A DNA stretch of 64,000 bases from Deltaproteobacteria bacterium (GCA_032128375.1 JAQBGU010000135.1:32128-96127), one strand, 5' to 3'; numbered from the stretch's first letter, positions 49,271-59,797 are shown. The notes: generated by a model not told the origin, from the letters alone. Program-made: numbers and translations.

Positions 49271-49480
49271 ATGCTCGTGATGAGCGACCCGCAACCACTA
49301 GAAGTGACGCTCAATTACGTATCCGTCTCCTCTCCCGATCCGGTCGTACACATCAGTAAACCACCGGCAGGCGTGCCCTGCGATTCGACCGAAGTCTCGC
49401 GCCATCGCGTCTTGATGCGCGATGCACGCGACCTGTTCGGGAAGCTGTCGCTCGAGGAGCCGGGCTTCGAGAAAGACTGA
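49271..49480 (+). pseudogene. Truncated N-terminal fragment of a CmcJ/NvfI-family oxidoreductase/methyltransferase-like gene
   Basis: GGAGG RBS; TLNY...V.MRDAR....LSLEEPGFE matches my recollection of that family's N-terminus; stops after about 69 codons. Confidence 0.55.
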
Positions 49481-49485
49481 CCGCG

Positions 49486-50196
49486 ATGGACCAACAGTCA
49501 CGGAAGGGCACGCCGCGACGCTGGCAGAAGCGCGTCGTGGCCTGGCGCCCTCTGACCGGTCTGATTGGATGGCTGGGCGGCGTTGCATTGCGCGCGCTGG
49601 GCTCCACGTGGCGCATTTCGATCGAAGGCGACAACCCGCTGAAGGCGGGCGCTGCGCCGATTCTGGGTGCGTTCTGGCACCGCAATATGCTGATCGGCGC
49701 TTTCGCGTTCCGCGACCGCGGCTATGCGGTACCGGTGAGTCGGAGTCGCGATGGTGAGCTCATCGTCTCGCTGCTGCGGTGGCTTGGCTATGCCGGCTTG
49801 CCACGGGGCTCGAGCAGCCGCGGCGGCGCCGCCGCGCTGCGTGGGTTGTTTCGAATTGTGAAGGAGGGGACGACCATCTCGATTCAGACCGATGGACCCC
49901 GCGGCCCAGCGCGAAAGTCGAAACGCGGCGTGGTCGCGTTGGCACGCCTGACCGGGGCCGAGATCGTCGCGATTGGCTTTTCGGCTTCACCCTGCCTTCG
50001 GTTTCGAAGTTGGGACCGGACGCTTCTGCCGCTTCCTTTCGCGAGAGTCGTGTGTGAGTTCGGAGCCCATTTTTCGGTCGCTCGCGAGGCCTCGCCAGAG
50101 CAGGAGGAAGACATTGTGGCTGCGCTCGATCGCTCGCTGAATCGATTGACCGACCGGCTCGATGATCGGATGGGTTTTCGCGACGAGGCATCATAG
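49486..50196 (+). CDS. DUF374 lysophospholipid acyltransferase-like protein
   Basis: AFWH, SRSRDGE, RGSSSRGG, TDGPRGP, SWDR..LP.PF. Confidence 0.9.
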   Translation: MDQQSRKGTPRRWQKRVVAWRPLTGLIGWLGGVALRALGSTWRISIEGDNPLKAGAAPILGAFWHRNMLIGAFAFRDRGYAVPVSRSRDGELIVSLLRWLGYAGLPRGSSSRGGAAALRGLFRIVKEGTTISIQTDGPRGPARKSKRGVVALARLTGAEIVAIGFSASPCLRFRSWDRTLLPLPFARVVCEFGAHFSVAREASPEQEEDIVAALDRSLNRLTDRLDDRMGFRDEAS

Positions 50197-50341
50197 ACGC
50201 GCTGAATTTCGCCCCCGAAAGGGGCCAAGCGAACCCAGTGCGGCCCTGGCCACATCCCGCCGAACCGGATCGGGCTCAAGGGTGTGCGCCATTGTGCCGA
50301 TTCATGCGCTGCGCGATTCACCCGAGACCCCAGAGGTACTC

Positions 50342-51418
50342 ATGAGTTCCCGTCCGAGGGTTCTGCTACTTGGCGATTCGTCCGCCAGTCGTGCCCACGA
50401 GGTCCTGCGGAGCTTCGATATCGAACTCGTCGTGCTGCGTGGTGATGCGCGGCTCCCCGATCTCGAAGGCAGCTACGATCTGATCGTCGCAACGGTGAAG
50501 GCCACGGCAGCTCTCGGCGACGGTCTGGAAATTTCCAGCCTGCCTGGCAAGCCGATCTGGATCGCGCTGCACACGCAAGATTTCCTGCCGCTCCGCGAGC
50601 GCCTCCGCTCGTTCGGCGTCCACTATCTCGTACAGTCGAGTGTCAGCGCTACGACGCTGCGATTGTTGATTGTCCACACCTTGTACAGCGGACCCGAACG
50701 GCGAGGCGAACCCCGACTTCCGATCGGGTCAGCGGTACTGTGTGTCAACGGCGGGACTTCACTCGATGCCGACCTGATCGATCTGACTCGGGATGGGTGC
50801 CGACTGGCAGTCCTCAATGGCCTTCGTGTTTCGGGAGCGATCCACATCGAGCTGCCCTCGAAACTCGCGGGCGGTGAGGCATTGACGTTGCGCGGAAAGG
50901 TACTGCGAACCGAGTACGCTTCAGACAAATCGCGATTGTTCGTGACGGTGCAATTCGACCGTCTCGAACAAATGCTTCTGCACCGATTGGACCAGCTGCT
51001 TGCGGGCCAGACGATTGGCACCTTGGTAACACGCCTCGCGGCCGGTCCGAGTAAGCCCGCAGCTATCGATGTCAAGAAGGCCCGAGTGCCCGCCGTGCAG
51101 GAAGAAATTTCCGGATTCGCCCCTGAAGTGCGGGTCGGTGTTTTCTTGCCGGGCGGTGTTCAGATGACGGTCGGACGCGACCTGTCGGTTCGCGGTGTTC
51201 GACTGGATCCGATGCCCGCGCTGGCGATGGGTCGAGCCATCGATCTCGCGGTCTACGGCCCGGCCCACGAAGAACCGGTTCTGGTCCAGTCGAGCGTATC
51301 CTCCGACGACGGTCCGCTCGGCGTCGTGTTGCAATTCGAGATGCTCGCACCCCGCGAGAGAGGCCGCCTCGAAGAAATTATCGAGACCGCTTCGCAGATC
51401 GAGTCGCTCGCCGACTGA
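50342..51418 (+). CDS. PilZ-domain protein (degenerate receiver-like N-terminus, one intact and one degenerate PilZ)
   Basis: ERRGEPR (RxxxR) plus DLTRDG; the second domain has DLSVRG but no RxxxR. Confidence 0.8.
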   Translation: MSSRPRVLLLGDSSASRAHEVLRSFDIELVVLRGDARLPDLEGSYDLIVATVKATAALGDGLEISSLPGKPIWIALHTQDFLPLRERLRSFGVHYLVQSSVSATTLRLLIVHTLYSGPERRGEPRLPIGSAVLCVNGGTSLDADLIDLTRDGCRLAVLNGLRVSGAIHIELPSKLAGGEALTLRGKVLRTEYASDKSRLFVTVQFDRLEQMLLHRLDQLLAGQTIGTLVTRLAAGPSKPAAIDVKKARVPAVQEEISGFAPEVRVGVFLPGGVQMTVGRDLSVRGVRLDPMPALAMGRAIDLAVYGPAHEEPVLVQSSVSSDDGPLGVVLQFEMLAPRERGRLEEIIETASQIESLAD

Positions 51419-52661
51419 CGCCCGCTACGGGTGCCAGCTGGTAGCGGATGGGCATGTGTTTGATGCCGCCGATCACGCTGGAGCGCAGCCGTTCCACTTC
51501 GCCAGCGAGTTCGATGAATTCCAGTCGTTCGACCAGATGCCGGAACACGACGCGAAGCTCCAGCCGTGCCACGTGCGCCCCGAGGCAGAAGTGCTCACCG
51601 ACGCCGAACGCGATGTGCCGGTTCGGACGTCGATCGATCTGGAAGGCATCCGCATGTTCGAAGGTGCGCTCATCCCGATTCGCCGAAGGGTAGAACAGGC
51701 ACAAGCTGTCGCCCGCCCGAACCTTGTTGCCGTGCAGCTCGGCATCCTCGCTGGCCGTTCGGCAGAAGTGGACGACGGGGGAGGTCCAGCGCAGGATTTC
51801 TTCGACCATGGGGTCGAGCAGGCTGAGGTCGCGGCGCACCCGCTCGAGTTCATTGGGGTTCTCGATCAGCGCCAGCAAGCCACCGCTGGTGGCATTGCGT
51901 GTCGTTTCGTTTCCGGCGACGACGAGCAGGAAGAAATAGGAGAGCAATTCGTACTCGGGCAAGCCAGCGCCGTCGATCGCTGCATGCGTAAGCGCGCTGG
52001 CCAGGTCGTCGGTCGGGCGCTTGCGGCGGTCCTCGGCCATCTGCGCGAAGTAGCCGAACATCTCGTTTGCCGCATGGTTCATCGTATCGACACCGGACAT
52101 GCCACCCGATTGAAACTCTGCGTCGCCGGCTCCGACGGTTCGATTGGTCCAGTCGAACAGCATTTTCCAGTCGCTGCGCGGAACGCCGAGCATTTCGGCG
52201 ATGACCCAGATCGGAAGCCGAGCTGACACGCTCTCCACGAAGTCGATCTCCCCCCTCTCGCCGTCGTGCGCGATCGAATCGACAAGCGACTTCACGATCG
52301 AATCGACCTGGCTCGCCAGCCCTCGCAGTGCCCTTGGCGTGAATCGCTTGTTGAGCACGGACCGATACGCGTGATGTTCCGGGGGGTCCATATTCAGCAG
52401 CATCCGCACCGGCAAATCAGCACCCTGGTCTGAACCGACCGTCAGTCGCGGCGCATTGAGGAATCGGCGCGGGTCGCGCGAAATGGCGGCAATGTCGGCG
52501 TGGCGCGTGATCGCCCAGAACGGTCGGCGGTCGAGCGTTTCGACCCAGTGCACGGGGTCGTGATCGCGCAGCTGCTTCCAGACTGCGAATGGGTAACCCG
52601 ACTCCGCGTAGCGGGATGCCGAGATCAGATCTCGTTCATCGATCTGCGGTGTGTCATTCAT
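51378..52661 (-). CDS. Cytochrome P450 (CYP125/124-like)
   Basis: MDPPEH, AGNETT, EEILRW, AFGVGEHFCLG; start overlaps the upstream gene stop. Confidence 0.93.
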   Translation of the reverse strand: MNDTPQIDERDLISASRYAESGYPFAVWKQLRDHDPVHWVETLDRRPFWAITRHADIAAISRDPRRFLNAPRLTVGSDQGADLPVRMLLNMDPPEHHAYRSVLNKRFTPRALRGLASQVDSIVKSLVDSIAHDGERGEIDFVESVSARLPIWVIAEMLGVPRSDWKMLFDWTNRTVGAGDAEFQSGGMSGVDTMNHAANEMFGYFAQMAEDRRKRPTDDLASALTHAAIDGAGLPEYELLSYFFLLVVAGNETTRNATSGGLLALIENPNELERVRRDLSLLDPMVEEILRWTSPVVHFCRTASEDAELHGNKVRAGDSLCLFYPSANRDERTFEHADAFQIDRRPNRHIAFGVGEHFCLGAHVARLELRVVFRHLVERLEFIELAGEVERLRSSVIGGIKHMPIRYQLAPVAGVSRRATRSAKRSR

Positions 52662-54327
52662 GATGCATGATGTCCAATCGGGGGAACTCGGGTGCGTCCA
52701 TGGCCCGCACTGCAGCCCGAGGATATTCAATCCAGCACAATTCGCTTGGATCGGCACCCGACGAGACGAGCCAGCGCCGTGCAGCCTGCTCGAGCCGGAC
52801 CCGATCGGGCCTGGCAGAGTCCGATTGGTAGCGATACAGCTTCCAGTTCTTTGGGGTGTTGCCGTAGCGTCCATTCACGGTCGGCTTGCCGGTTGCGAGT
52901 TGGACCCACGCGGCGTCATCGTCCTCCAGCCGGTAGCCAGCTGGCCCCGTATAGACGGTTGCAAACACCGCGCAGCCGTCATCGACACGCGCTGCGAGCC
53001 GATCGATGTGCCTGCGCAGCTCCAATTTGTCGATCTGGGGGTACAGGGCCCGGGCCTGCTCCCCGACGCAGCAAAGCGCGAGCAGGGTCGCCAGCGCATA
53101 GCGGCCACGCTGCGCCAGCGCATCGAACAGCAACGCAACTCCAAGCGGCACGACGAGCGCGAACACCATCGAAATGCGGCTGAGGACGCGAATGGCTCCG
53201 GCACCCGGTAGATAGGGGTGAAACCCGCGCCAAATGCTGACGTCGCCAAACAGCGTCGAAATCAGCATCAGCACACCGGTCGCGGCGAGCAGGATCCATA
53301 GGTACTGGCGTGTGCGCCACAACCCAACCACACCGACCGCGGCAGTCACGAAGCCGACGCCACCCGCGTGCTCGATATCGGCGAGAGCCGACAGTGGGCC
53401 GCCCTCGCGCTGTAGCCAGCCAAACCACAGATTCTCGGTTCCCAGCAAGAACCAGGATGCAGGTCGCGGCGCGAACCGGGTCATGAACGGGCGTAGACCC
53501 AGCTCTTCCGCCGTACCCCAATACTGCCAAGCGAGTGGAGTGACGATCAGCAACGCCGCCGCGAGACATGAGGCCGCGAACGCACCGTGCCAGCGGATGA
53601 ATTCGCCGATTCGCTGGCGGCTCCCGGCCCGCAACAGCGAAATCGCGAGCGCCAGCGCCGCGAACAGCGCAAAGAAGAAGAAGGGATAGAACGCGGTATA
53701 GAACTGAAGCGCCGATACGACACACAATACGACCATCCAGGTTCGTCGACTGTTGGACTTTCTGCGCTGTGTATCGCCTGCGAAGATCTCGAACGACGCG
53801 AGCAGTCCGACATATACGAAGAATTGCGGCATGAGTTGGGGATGCCAGATCCGGATCGTGGCTGGGCCACCGAACGCCATCAGGAACGCACCCAACGTCG
53901 CCGCCGCGACACCGACCCGCAGACCTCGCGACAACAATACAAAGGAGGCCGCGAAATTCAGCGAGCTGCACACGACCATCCACAACTGCAGCGCGGTATC
54001 CGGCTCGGCACCCAACCAGCGCCACAGCCAGTACACAGGACCCGCTCCGATCAACACGTCGGTGTACGCGGTGACGTTTGGCTGCGGGTAGAACAGCGGC
54101 GTCTGCCAGAACTCCGCGTGGAGCGGGTACTGCATGACCCACCTGAAACCGTGCTCGAGCGTGTAATTGACCAAGCGCGGATCCCGCAACAATGCGGGCA
54201 TGCTCTGAAACCCGCTGGTCCATTGGGGCCAATAGATCCAAGCGATTCCCAGCGCGCAGAAAACAAGCGGAAGGAGCGACACGGCCCCATGCTTGCCGGT
54301 CGCGCTCGAACGGCTTGCGTCTAACAA
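52654..54327 (-). CDS. Polytopic membrane protein, probable GT-C-fold glycosyltransferase (YfhO-like)
   Basis: DP.L..Y.LE, FWQ.PLFYP..N..AYTD, HPQL, PGAGAIR..SR, PTVNGRYG; about 12 TM. Confidence 0.7.
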   Translation of the reverse strand: MLDASRSSATGKHGAVSLLPLVFCALGIAWIYWPQWTSGFQSMPALLRDPRLVNYTLEHGFRWVMQYPLHAEFWQTPLFYPQPNVTAYTDVLIGAGPVYWLWRWLGAEPDTALQLWMVVCSSLNFAASFVLLSRGLRVGVAAATLGAFLMAFGGPATIRIWHPQLMPQFFVYVGLLASFEIFAGDTQRRKSNSRRTWMVVLCVVSALQFYTAFYPFFFFALFAALALAISLLRAGSRQRIGEFIRWHGAFAASCLAAALLIVTPLAWQYWGTAEELGLRPFMTRFAPRPASWFLLGTENLWFGWLQREGGPLSALADIEHAGGVGFVTAAVGVVGLWRTRQYLWILLAATGVLMLISTLFGDVSIWRGFHPYLPGAGAIRVLSRISMVFALVVPLGVALLFDALAQRGRYALATLLALCCVGEQARALYPQIDKLELRRHIDRLAARVDDGCAVFATVYTGPAGYRLEDDDAAWVQLATGKPTVNGRYGNTPKNWKLYRYQSDSARPDRVRLEQAARRWLVSSGADPSELCWIEYPRAAVRAMDAPEFPRLDIMHHE

Positions 54328-54579
54328 TGTCTCATCTCGAACCTGGGCTCACGTGCGTGCCGATCAGCGCTCTGCTGGCAGCCGTTCTCGGTCGTGTCCG
54401 TTTGATCGAAACTACTACAACCCATTCGCGCAACCCATGCTTCTAGCCGAGCTTCGAGTGGCCGCCTCGAGAACCCGCTTGGAGATGTCGCTTCTCGGTC
54501 CCCCGCCCGATTTCTCTCGCGTAATCGGGCCATCTCTGTATCGATTGGCGTAGCATGGTCGATACGAGGAGGATCTGAA

Positions 54580-55737
54580 TTGAATCGGCGCGAGTTCTTG
54601 CGGGCGGCTGGCGGTTTCGCGGGTCAGGCCGTGGTGGGTTCATCGTTGTTTTCTCTCGGTTGTGACCTCACGTATTTCGGCGTGTTGAATGAGCCGGACG
54701 AAAACGGCATCCGACTGCCGCCCGGCTTTCGCTCCAGGATCGTGGCGATCAGCGGGGAGGCGGTACCCCGGACCGATCACATCTGGCATCGCGCGCCCGA
54801 TGGCGGCGCGGTCTTCGAGACACACGACGGCTGGATCTATGTGTCGAACTCAGAGCTATTCTTCGTCGGGGGAGTGGGCGCCGTGCGCTTCAATCGTAGC
54901 GGCGAAGCCATCGATGCGTACACCATTTGCCACAGCACCAGCCGAAATTGCGCGGGCGGAGCCACGCCGTGGGGAACCTGGCTTTCTTGCGAGGAAATTT
55001 CTCGCGGGATCGTCTATGAATGTGATCCGTACGGAGCACGTGCCCAGACGCCACTTCCCGCGATGGGCAGTTTCGTGCACGAAGCGGTTGCAGTCGATCC
55101 GATCGGGCGCCGCTTGTACTTGACCGAAGACCGCACCGATGGGCGGTTGTATCGCTACACACCGCACAGCTGGGGCCACTTGGATGCGGGGGTACTCGAA
55201 GTCGCCGAGGTCGACCTCGAACAGCGCGTGCGCTGGCACGCATTGCCCAATGCGAATCCCCCGCCGTTTGGGGTGCCGACCCGTAAGCAGGTCCCAACCA
55301 GTACTCCGTTCAACGGAGGCGAGGGGATCGACTACGCGGACGGACACATCTTCTTCACCACCAAGGGCGACGATCGGGTCTGGGATCTGGACTTGCAGCT
55401 CGAAACACTGCAGGTCCTGTATGATCGTGCGACCGATCCGCTGAAGCAGCTCAGCGGTGTGGACAACCTGTTGACGACACCAGAAGGCGATATCCTGGTA
55501 GCCGAGGACTTTGGCAACATGGAACTCGTGTTGTTGGGCCCGCACCAGACAGCGTTGGCACTGCTTCGTGTAGAGAACCAAGCCGGCTCTGAGTTGACCG
55601 GGCCGGCCTTCGATCCTTCGGGTCAGCGGCTGTACTTCAGCTCGCAGCGGGGTGTCGACGGCCGCGGGATTACCTACGAAGTGCGCGGACCATTTGCGTC
55701 GCGGCGGCGCAATTCAATCCTGAAAACGGATCGCTGA
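54580..55737 (+). CDS. PhoX-family alkaline phosphatase-like protein, Tat-exported
   Basis: NRREFL Tat motif; PDGG, VSNSE, NCAGG.TPWGTWLSCEE, HEA, EG, DN, ELTGP.F; GAGG RBS before TTG. Confidence 0.9.
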   Translation: MNRREFLRAAGGFAGQAVVGSSLFSLGCDLTYFGVLNEPDENGIRLPPGFRSRIVAISGEAVPRTDHIWHRAPDGGAVFETHDGWIYVSNSELFFVGGVGAVRFNRSGEAIDAYTICHSTSRNCAGGATPWGTWLSCEEISRGIVYECDPYGARAQTPLPAMGSFVHEAVAVDPIGRRLYLTEDRTDGRLYRYTPHSWGHLDAGVLEVAEVDLEQRVRWHALPNANPPPFGVPTRKQVPTSTPFNGGEGIDYADGHIFFTTKGDDRVWDLDLQLETLQVLYDRATDPLKQLSGVDNLLTTPEGDILVAEDFGNMELVLLGPHQTALALLRVENQAGSELTGPAFDPSGQRLYFSSQRGVDGRGITYEVRGPFASRRRNSILKTDR

Positions 55738-55798
55738 GAGAGTCATCCTAGCGACCGACCGGTTTTCGATGGACCGCGAAGTGGCTTCGCGTCTGAAC

Positions 55799-56797
55799 CT
55801 ATCCGAAGAAGCATTCCGCAAGGCCGCGTGACTCGAGCCATGCGCGAACGACTCCTCGATCGCGATCATCGAGTTGGTCTCGGATGCGACCATGGACCAT
55901 CTGGCGCGACTGCTCCGGATAGGGACGGGTGAGGAAACTGACGCGCTCGTCGTAGACGACCACCTCGAAGGCCTTGTCGCCCGCGCCCAGTGCGCGCGCG
56001 TTGGCGAGTGCTACGGGCGCGTAATGATCTCGAGCGATGTCCAACAGGTGCTGTGAAAATGGCGTGCTAGCCGGAAAGGCAGCCAGATCACCGCCTCCCT
56101 TCCAGGTATCCGCCTCGCTGGCATCCCAGCTGAGGATTCTTTTGTAGCCGCTCAGATCCGGAATCGGATCGGAATTGGTGTGCGCTCGCAGCCCGCCAAG
56201 CAGAATCGTGTCGACCGAGGTCGGTCGATCGCCGAGTGCGTACCGCGTCGATCCCAATTGTGCCTCCAGCGCGTCCAGGACTCCCAGGTACTCGCGTTCT
56301 GCGGCTTGCTGCTGGTGGGCGCTTTCGGTCCCGGTTGCGCGACATGCGCGGGGCCCCCACTTGGCGAGCGGAAAATCTTGCGCTTCTTGCAGCGACACTT
56401 CTCGACCGAGAATTTCGCTGACGACCGCTCGGGTGTTTTCTTCGTAATGCCAGCGGTAATGGACCATGACCCGTGCGAACCACTCGTCGAGTACTTCTTC
56501 GACGATATGCACCAGCACTCCGAGGGGGCCCGTCGGCACCAACCGTCGGGCGGGAAACCGGGCATCGAGAAGCGCGATGATCGGCGTGGTGTCCGCGAGC
56601 AGCCAGTTCTCCGGCGTTCGCAACGCGGGAACCTGGTGCGACCCGCTACGCGTTTCGATTTCGCTGCGGTTCTCTGCTCCCTTGCCCTCGAAGCGAAACG
56701 GCGCCGCGTAAAAGCGCAGCGCAGCTTCGAGCTTGCGGGTAAACAGGCTGATCGGCGCACCGTATAGGACGTAGCCGGATTCCACGACGATCTCCAT
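55799..56797 (-). CDS. Glutathione S-transferase family protein
   Basis: LYG..ISLFTRKL, QVP.L, DTTPI, YALG.RPT..D. Confidence 0.87.
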   Translation of the reverse strand: MEIVVESGYVLYGAPISLFTRKLEAALRFYAAPFRFEGKGAENRSEIETRSGSHQVPALRTPENWLLADTTPIIALLDARFPARRLVPTGPLGVLVHIVEEVLDEWFARVMVHYRWHYEENTRAVVSEILGREVSLQEAQDFPLAKWGPRACRATGTESAHQQQAAEREYLGVLDALEAQLGSTRYALGDRPTSVDTILLGGLRAHTNSDPIPDLSGYKRILSWDASEADTWKGGGDLAAFPASTPFSQHLLDIARDHYAPVALANARALGAGDKAFEVVVYDERVSFLTRPYPEQSRQMVHGRIRDQLDDRDRGVVRAWLESRGLAECFFG

Positions 56798-56865
56798 TCA
56801 TTGCTTCGCGACTCGCTGAAATCGAAAATTCCTCAGAGCTGTTCGGCTCGTCAGAACTGCATCGA

Positions 56866-56963
56866 GGCTACGCGCGAACTACTCGCGAACTACACAACAA
56901 CTATACAACAACTACACAACAACTACACAACAACTATGCAACAGCACGCAACAACTACGCAAA
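56866..56963. repeat. Tandem repeat, 11 nt x about 9 (consensus AACTACACAAC)
   Basis: Read directly; A/C-rich and strand-biased; the last unit contains the amidase stop codon. Confidence 0.93.
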
Positions 56964-58397
56964 GCGCGGCGGTCGCTGAAATCCACCGATTTCTCGCTCG
57001 AGCAGTCGCGTGAAGTCGATCGTTTGCAGGTCACTGTACTCGCGGCCGACCGCCTGTAGGCCGATCGGAAGCCCTTCCGAAGAGGGACCGGTCGGGAACA
57101 CCGTGCTCGGTAGGTATGGCGCGGTAATGACGCCAGCCCAAAACAGCTGCTGGAAGTATGCCTGATCGACCCCGTTGACGCAGATCGTCCGTTGCAGCAT
57201 CGGACTGTGATCGTGCGGGAAGGCCGGCGTCGAAGTCTGCGGACAGATCAGGATGTCCCAGTCACGGAAGAATTCTCGCCACCGGTACCGGAGCCGCTCG
57301 CGCTCATTGTTGTGTACCAGCCACAATCGGTGGCTCAGCACTGCGCCGCGCGCCATCACGGTTCGGGTCGAAAGGTCGCCCGGGTCGCTGGCGTCAGCGG
57401 CTGCTTGCGCGGCATCGCGCTGATGCGCGGGCAGGTCTGCCCCGATGATCGAGTTGAGAAGTGTCAGATAGGTGACATGGGCTTGCGCCAGGTCGAGGTC
57501 CGGCCTCGCGGTGTCCGATACCGCCGCCCCCAGTTTCGACAGGGTCTCCCCGAGCGCGGTCGTGCGATCGGCCACTTCAGAATCAACTGGGCAGTTCGCG
57601 TCAGTCGGCCAGATCGCGACGCGGTACTCTGACAGCGACACTTTCTGCGGTTTCGGCAGTTCCAGTCGCCAACCCGGTTCGTCGAGTGGCGCTGCGCCCG
57701 CCATGACGTCGAGGGCCAATGCCAGGTCTTCCGCGCTGCGCGCCATCGGCCCGCAGACTGCGAGGTCCGGCGTCGCGAGTACTCCTGGCATCGCATGGCC
57801 TTGCGACGGCACGATGCCCCAGGTCGGTTTGTGACCATAAACGCCGCAATAGTGGGCGGGGTTGCGAATCGACCCGCCGATATCCGAACCGGCTTCGAGC
57901 GGCGACAGCCCCGCCGCCAGAGCCGCTGCCGAGCCGCCCGACGATCCGCCGGGTGTGCGGTCTGGGTTCCACGGGTTGCCGGTCGTGCCGTAGATTTCGT
58001 TGTAGCTCTGGAAATCGCCCAGACTGATGGGCACGTTGGTCTTCCCAACGAAGATCGCACCCGCGGCCTTGAACTTCTGGACAGCCAGCGCATCGGAGGT
58101 CGCGCGGTTGTCCTTCATGAACGGGAAGCCCCAGGTCGTCGCCAGGCCCTCGATATCGTACGCCTCCTTGATCGTCATCGGCACGCCGTGCAAAGGGCCG
58201 GCGTCGGCCAGTGTTGCGTCCGCCTCGCGCGCGGCTTCTCGCGCGCGCTCGAAATCGCGCACCACGACGGCGTTGATGTCGCCATCCCATTTCTCGATGC
58301 GTCCGATGAAGTGCTCGGTCAACTCCGACGAGCTGATCTTCTTGTCGCGGATCATCAGTGCCAATTCCGTTGCTGTCTTGAATGCGAGTTCGGCCAC
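56955..58397 (-). CDS. Amidase signature family enzyme
   Basis: GPLHGVP.TIKE, TPGGSSGGSAAA, GSDIGGSIRNPA, GLPIGLQ. Confidence 0.94.
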   Translation of the reverse strand: MAELAFKTATELALMIRDKKISSSELTEHFIGRIEKWDGDINAVVVRDFERAREAAREADATLADAGPLHGVPMTIKEAYDIEGLATTWGFPFMKDNRATSDALAVQKFKAAGAIFVGKTNVPISLGDFQSYNEIYGTTGNPWNPDRTPGGSSGGSAAALAAGLSPLEAGSDIGGSIRNPAHYCGVYGHKPTWGIVPSQGHAMPGVLATPDLAVCGPMARSAEDLALALDVMAGAAPLDEPGWRLELPKPQKVSLSEYRVAIWPTDANCPVDSEVADRTTALGETLSKLGAAVSDTARPDLDLAQAHVTYLTLLNSIIGADLPAHQRDAAQAAADASDPGDLSTRTVMARGAVLSHRLWLVHNNERERLRYRWREFFRDWDILICPQTSTPAFPHDHSPMLQRTICVNGVDQAYFQQLFWAGVITAPYLPSTVFPTGPSSEGLPIGLQAVGREYSDLQTIDFTRLLEREIGGFQRPPRFA

Positions 58398-58582
58398 CGG
58401 TTGCCCCCGTAGTGCGGCCGTTTACCCAGTGGGGGCTGCCGCTCGGTTCGTGCGCACGGAAAAATTTTCTCCGTGACTCTGGAAGGTACCACGAGGCGTT
58501 CCGGTCGCCCCATGGGCGCACTCCCGCTATGGCGAGCGGGTATCGGTCGTCGGAACCGAGCGCCCGGTTCGGTAGTGGAGCC

Positions 58583-59749
58583 CTACAGCGAATTCGCCAT
58601 CCGCTCGACGATCCGTTCCAGGATGTCGCGTGACGTGGCGAAATTGAGCCGAACGCATCCGTCCACGTTCGACGCTTCATCGGCGGCACCGAAGTCGGGC
58701 CCCGGACTCAGTGCGACCTTCGCCTTTTCGAAGAAGTGCCTGTGGGGAGGAATTGGCAGTTTCAGCTCTCGGCAATCGAGCCAGGCGAGGTAAGTCGCTT
58801 CGGGTGGCGTGAATTGGATAGCGGGAATTTCTGCCTGCAAGAAACCCGCGAGCCAATCTCGGTTCGATTGCAGGTACGAAATCACGGCATCCAGCCAGGG
58901 TTGACCGAACTTGAATGCACACAGCGAAGCCGTGAGTCCGAGGCTGCCGACGGCACCCCTTGCGGCCACCGGGATGCTTTCGAAGCGCTCGAGCAGGGAG
59001 TCACTGCCAAAGATCGCGAGAGCACAGTGCAGGCCTGCAATATTGAACGTCTTCGAAGCAGACATCAGCGTGACGGTGCGCTCGGCGATTGCTGGCGACA
59101 GCGATCCGAATGGGATGTGTTGGCGTCCGTCGAACACCAGTTCTGCGTGAATTTCGTCCGAGATGACCGTCAGATCGTGAGCCAACACGAGCTCTGCCAG
59201 CGCTTCGAGTTCGGCCCGCTCAAACGCACGACCCGTGGGATTGTGCGGATTGCACAACAGCATGATTCGCGTCTGCGTGTCGATTTCGTCTGCCAGACGG
59301 TCGAGGTCCATGACAAAACGCTCGCCATTGTGCACCAGCGGGTTGTACAGGAAGCGGCGGTGAGTGTTCGAAACAGCGCCCATGAAAGGTCGGTATATCG
59401 GCGTCTGCACGACGACCCGCTGGCCGGGCTCCGAATACAGCGACAGGCCGACATACAGGCCTTGCACGACATCCGTCAGCAGCGCGATGCGTCGCAGCGG
59501 GATCTCCCAACCGAAACGCTCGGCGAGTCGGTTGCGAAATACGCGCCGCAGAGGGTGTTTCTCGGGAGCAGCCGAATAGCCCAGGTCCTGAGTCTCGATG
59601 ACCTGGATCAATGCTTCGCTGATCGGGGACGCGACGGGGAAGTCCATGTCGGCGACCCAAGCCGGGAGAATGTCGTCCGCATCGCGGTTCCACTTGACAC
59701 CGCGCTTGCGCCGCAGCGCGTCGATATCGAGGTTATCGAAGTTCACCAC
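58583..59749 (-). CDS. MalY/PatB-family PLP-dependent C-S lyase
   Basis: WVADMDF, LCNPHNPTG, SDEIH, SKTFNIAG, EATYLAWLD, RLNFA. Confidence 0.93.
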   Translation of the reverse strand: MVNFDNLDIDALRRKRGVKWNRDADDILPAWVADMDFPVASPISEALIQVIETQDLGYSAAPEKHPLRRVFRNRLAERFGWEIPLRRIALLTDVVQGLYVGLSLYSEPGQRVVVQTPIYRPFMGAVSNTHRRFLYNPLVHNGERFVMDLDRLADEIDTQTRIMLLCNPHNPTGRAFERAELEALAELVLAHDLTVISDEIHAELVFDGRQHIPFGSLSPAIAERTVTLMSASKTFNIAGLHCALAIFGSDSLLERFESIPVAARGAVGSLGLTASLCAFKFGQPWLDAVISYLQSNRDWLAGFLQAEIPAIQFTPPEATYLAWLDCRELKLPIPPHRHFFEKAKVALSPGPDFGAADEASNVDGCVRLNFATSRDILERIVERMANSL

Positions 59750-59767
59750 GCGGGCAGGCTAGGAGTC

Positions 59768-59797
59768 TGCACGCTAGAGCGCTAGCTCTAGCGTGCA
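59768..59797. other. Perfect 13-bp inverted repeat (hairpin) TGCACGCTAGAGC-GCTA-GCTCTAGCGTGCA
   Basis: Read directly; no U-tract, so a terminator role is unproven. Confidence 0.8.

Noticed and set aside
50211..50225. GCCCC-CGAAA-GGGGC hairpin as a terminator or second riboswitch
   Set aside because: Short stem, no U-tract and no surrounding aptamer consensus.
51378..51418. 41-nt tail-to-tail overlap of the PilZ and P450 genes as a special feature
   Set aside because: Short convergent overlaps from C-terminal run-on are common in GC-rich genomes.
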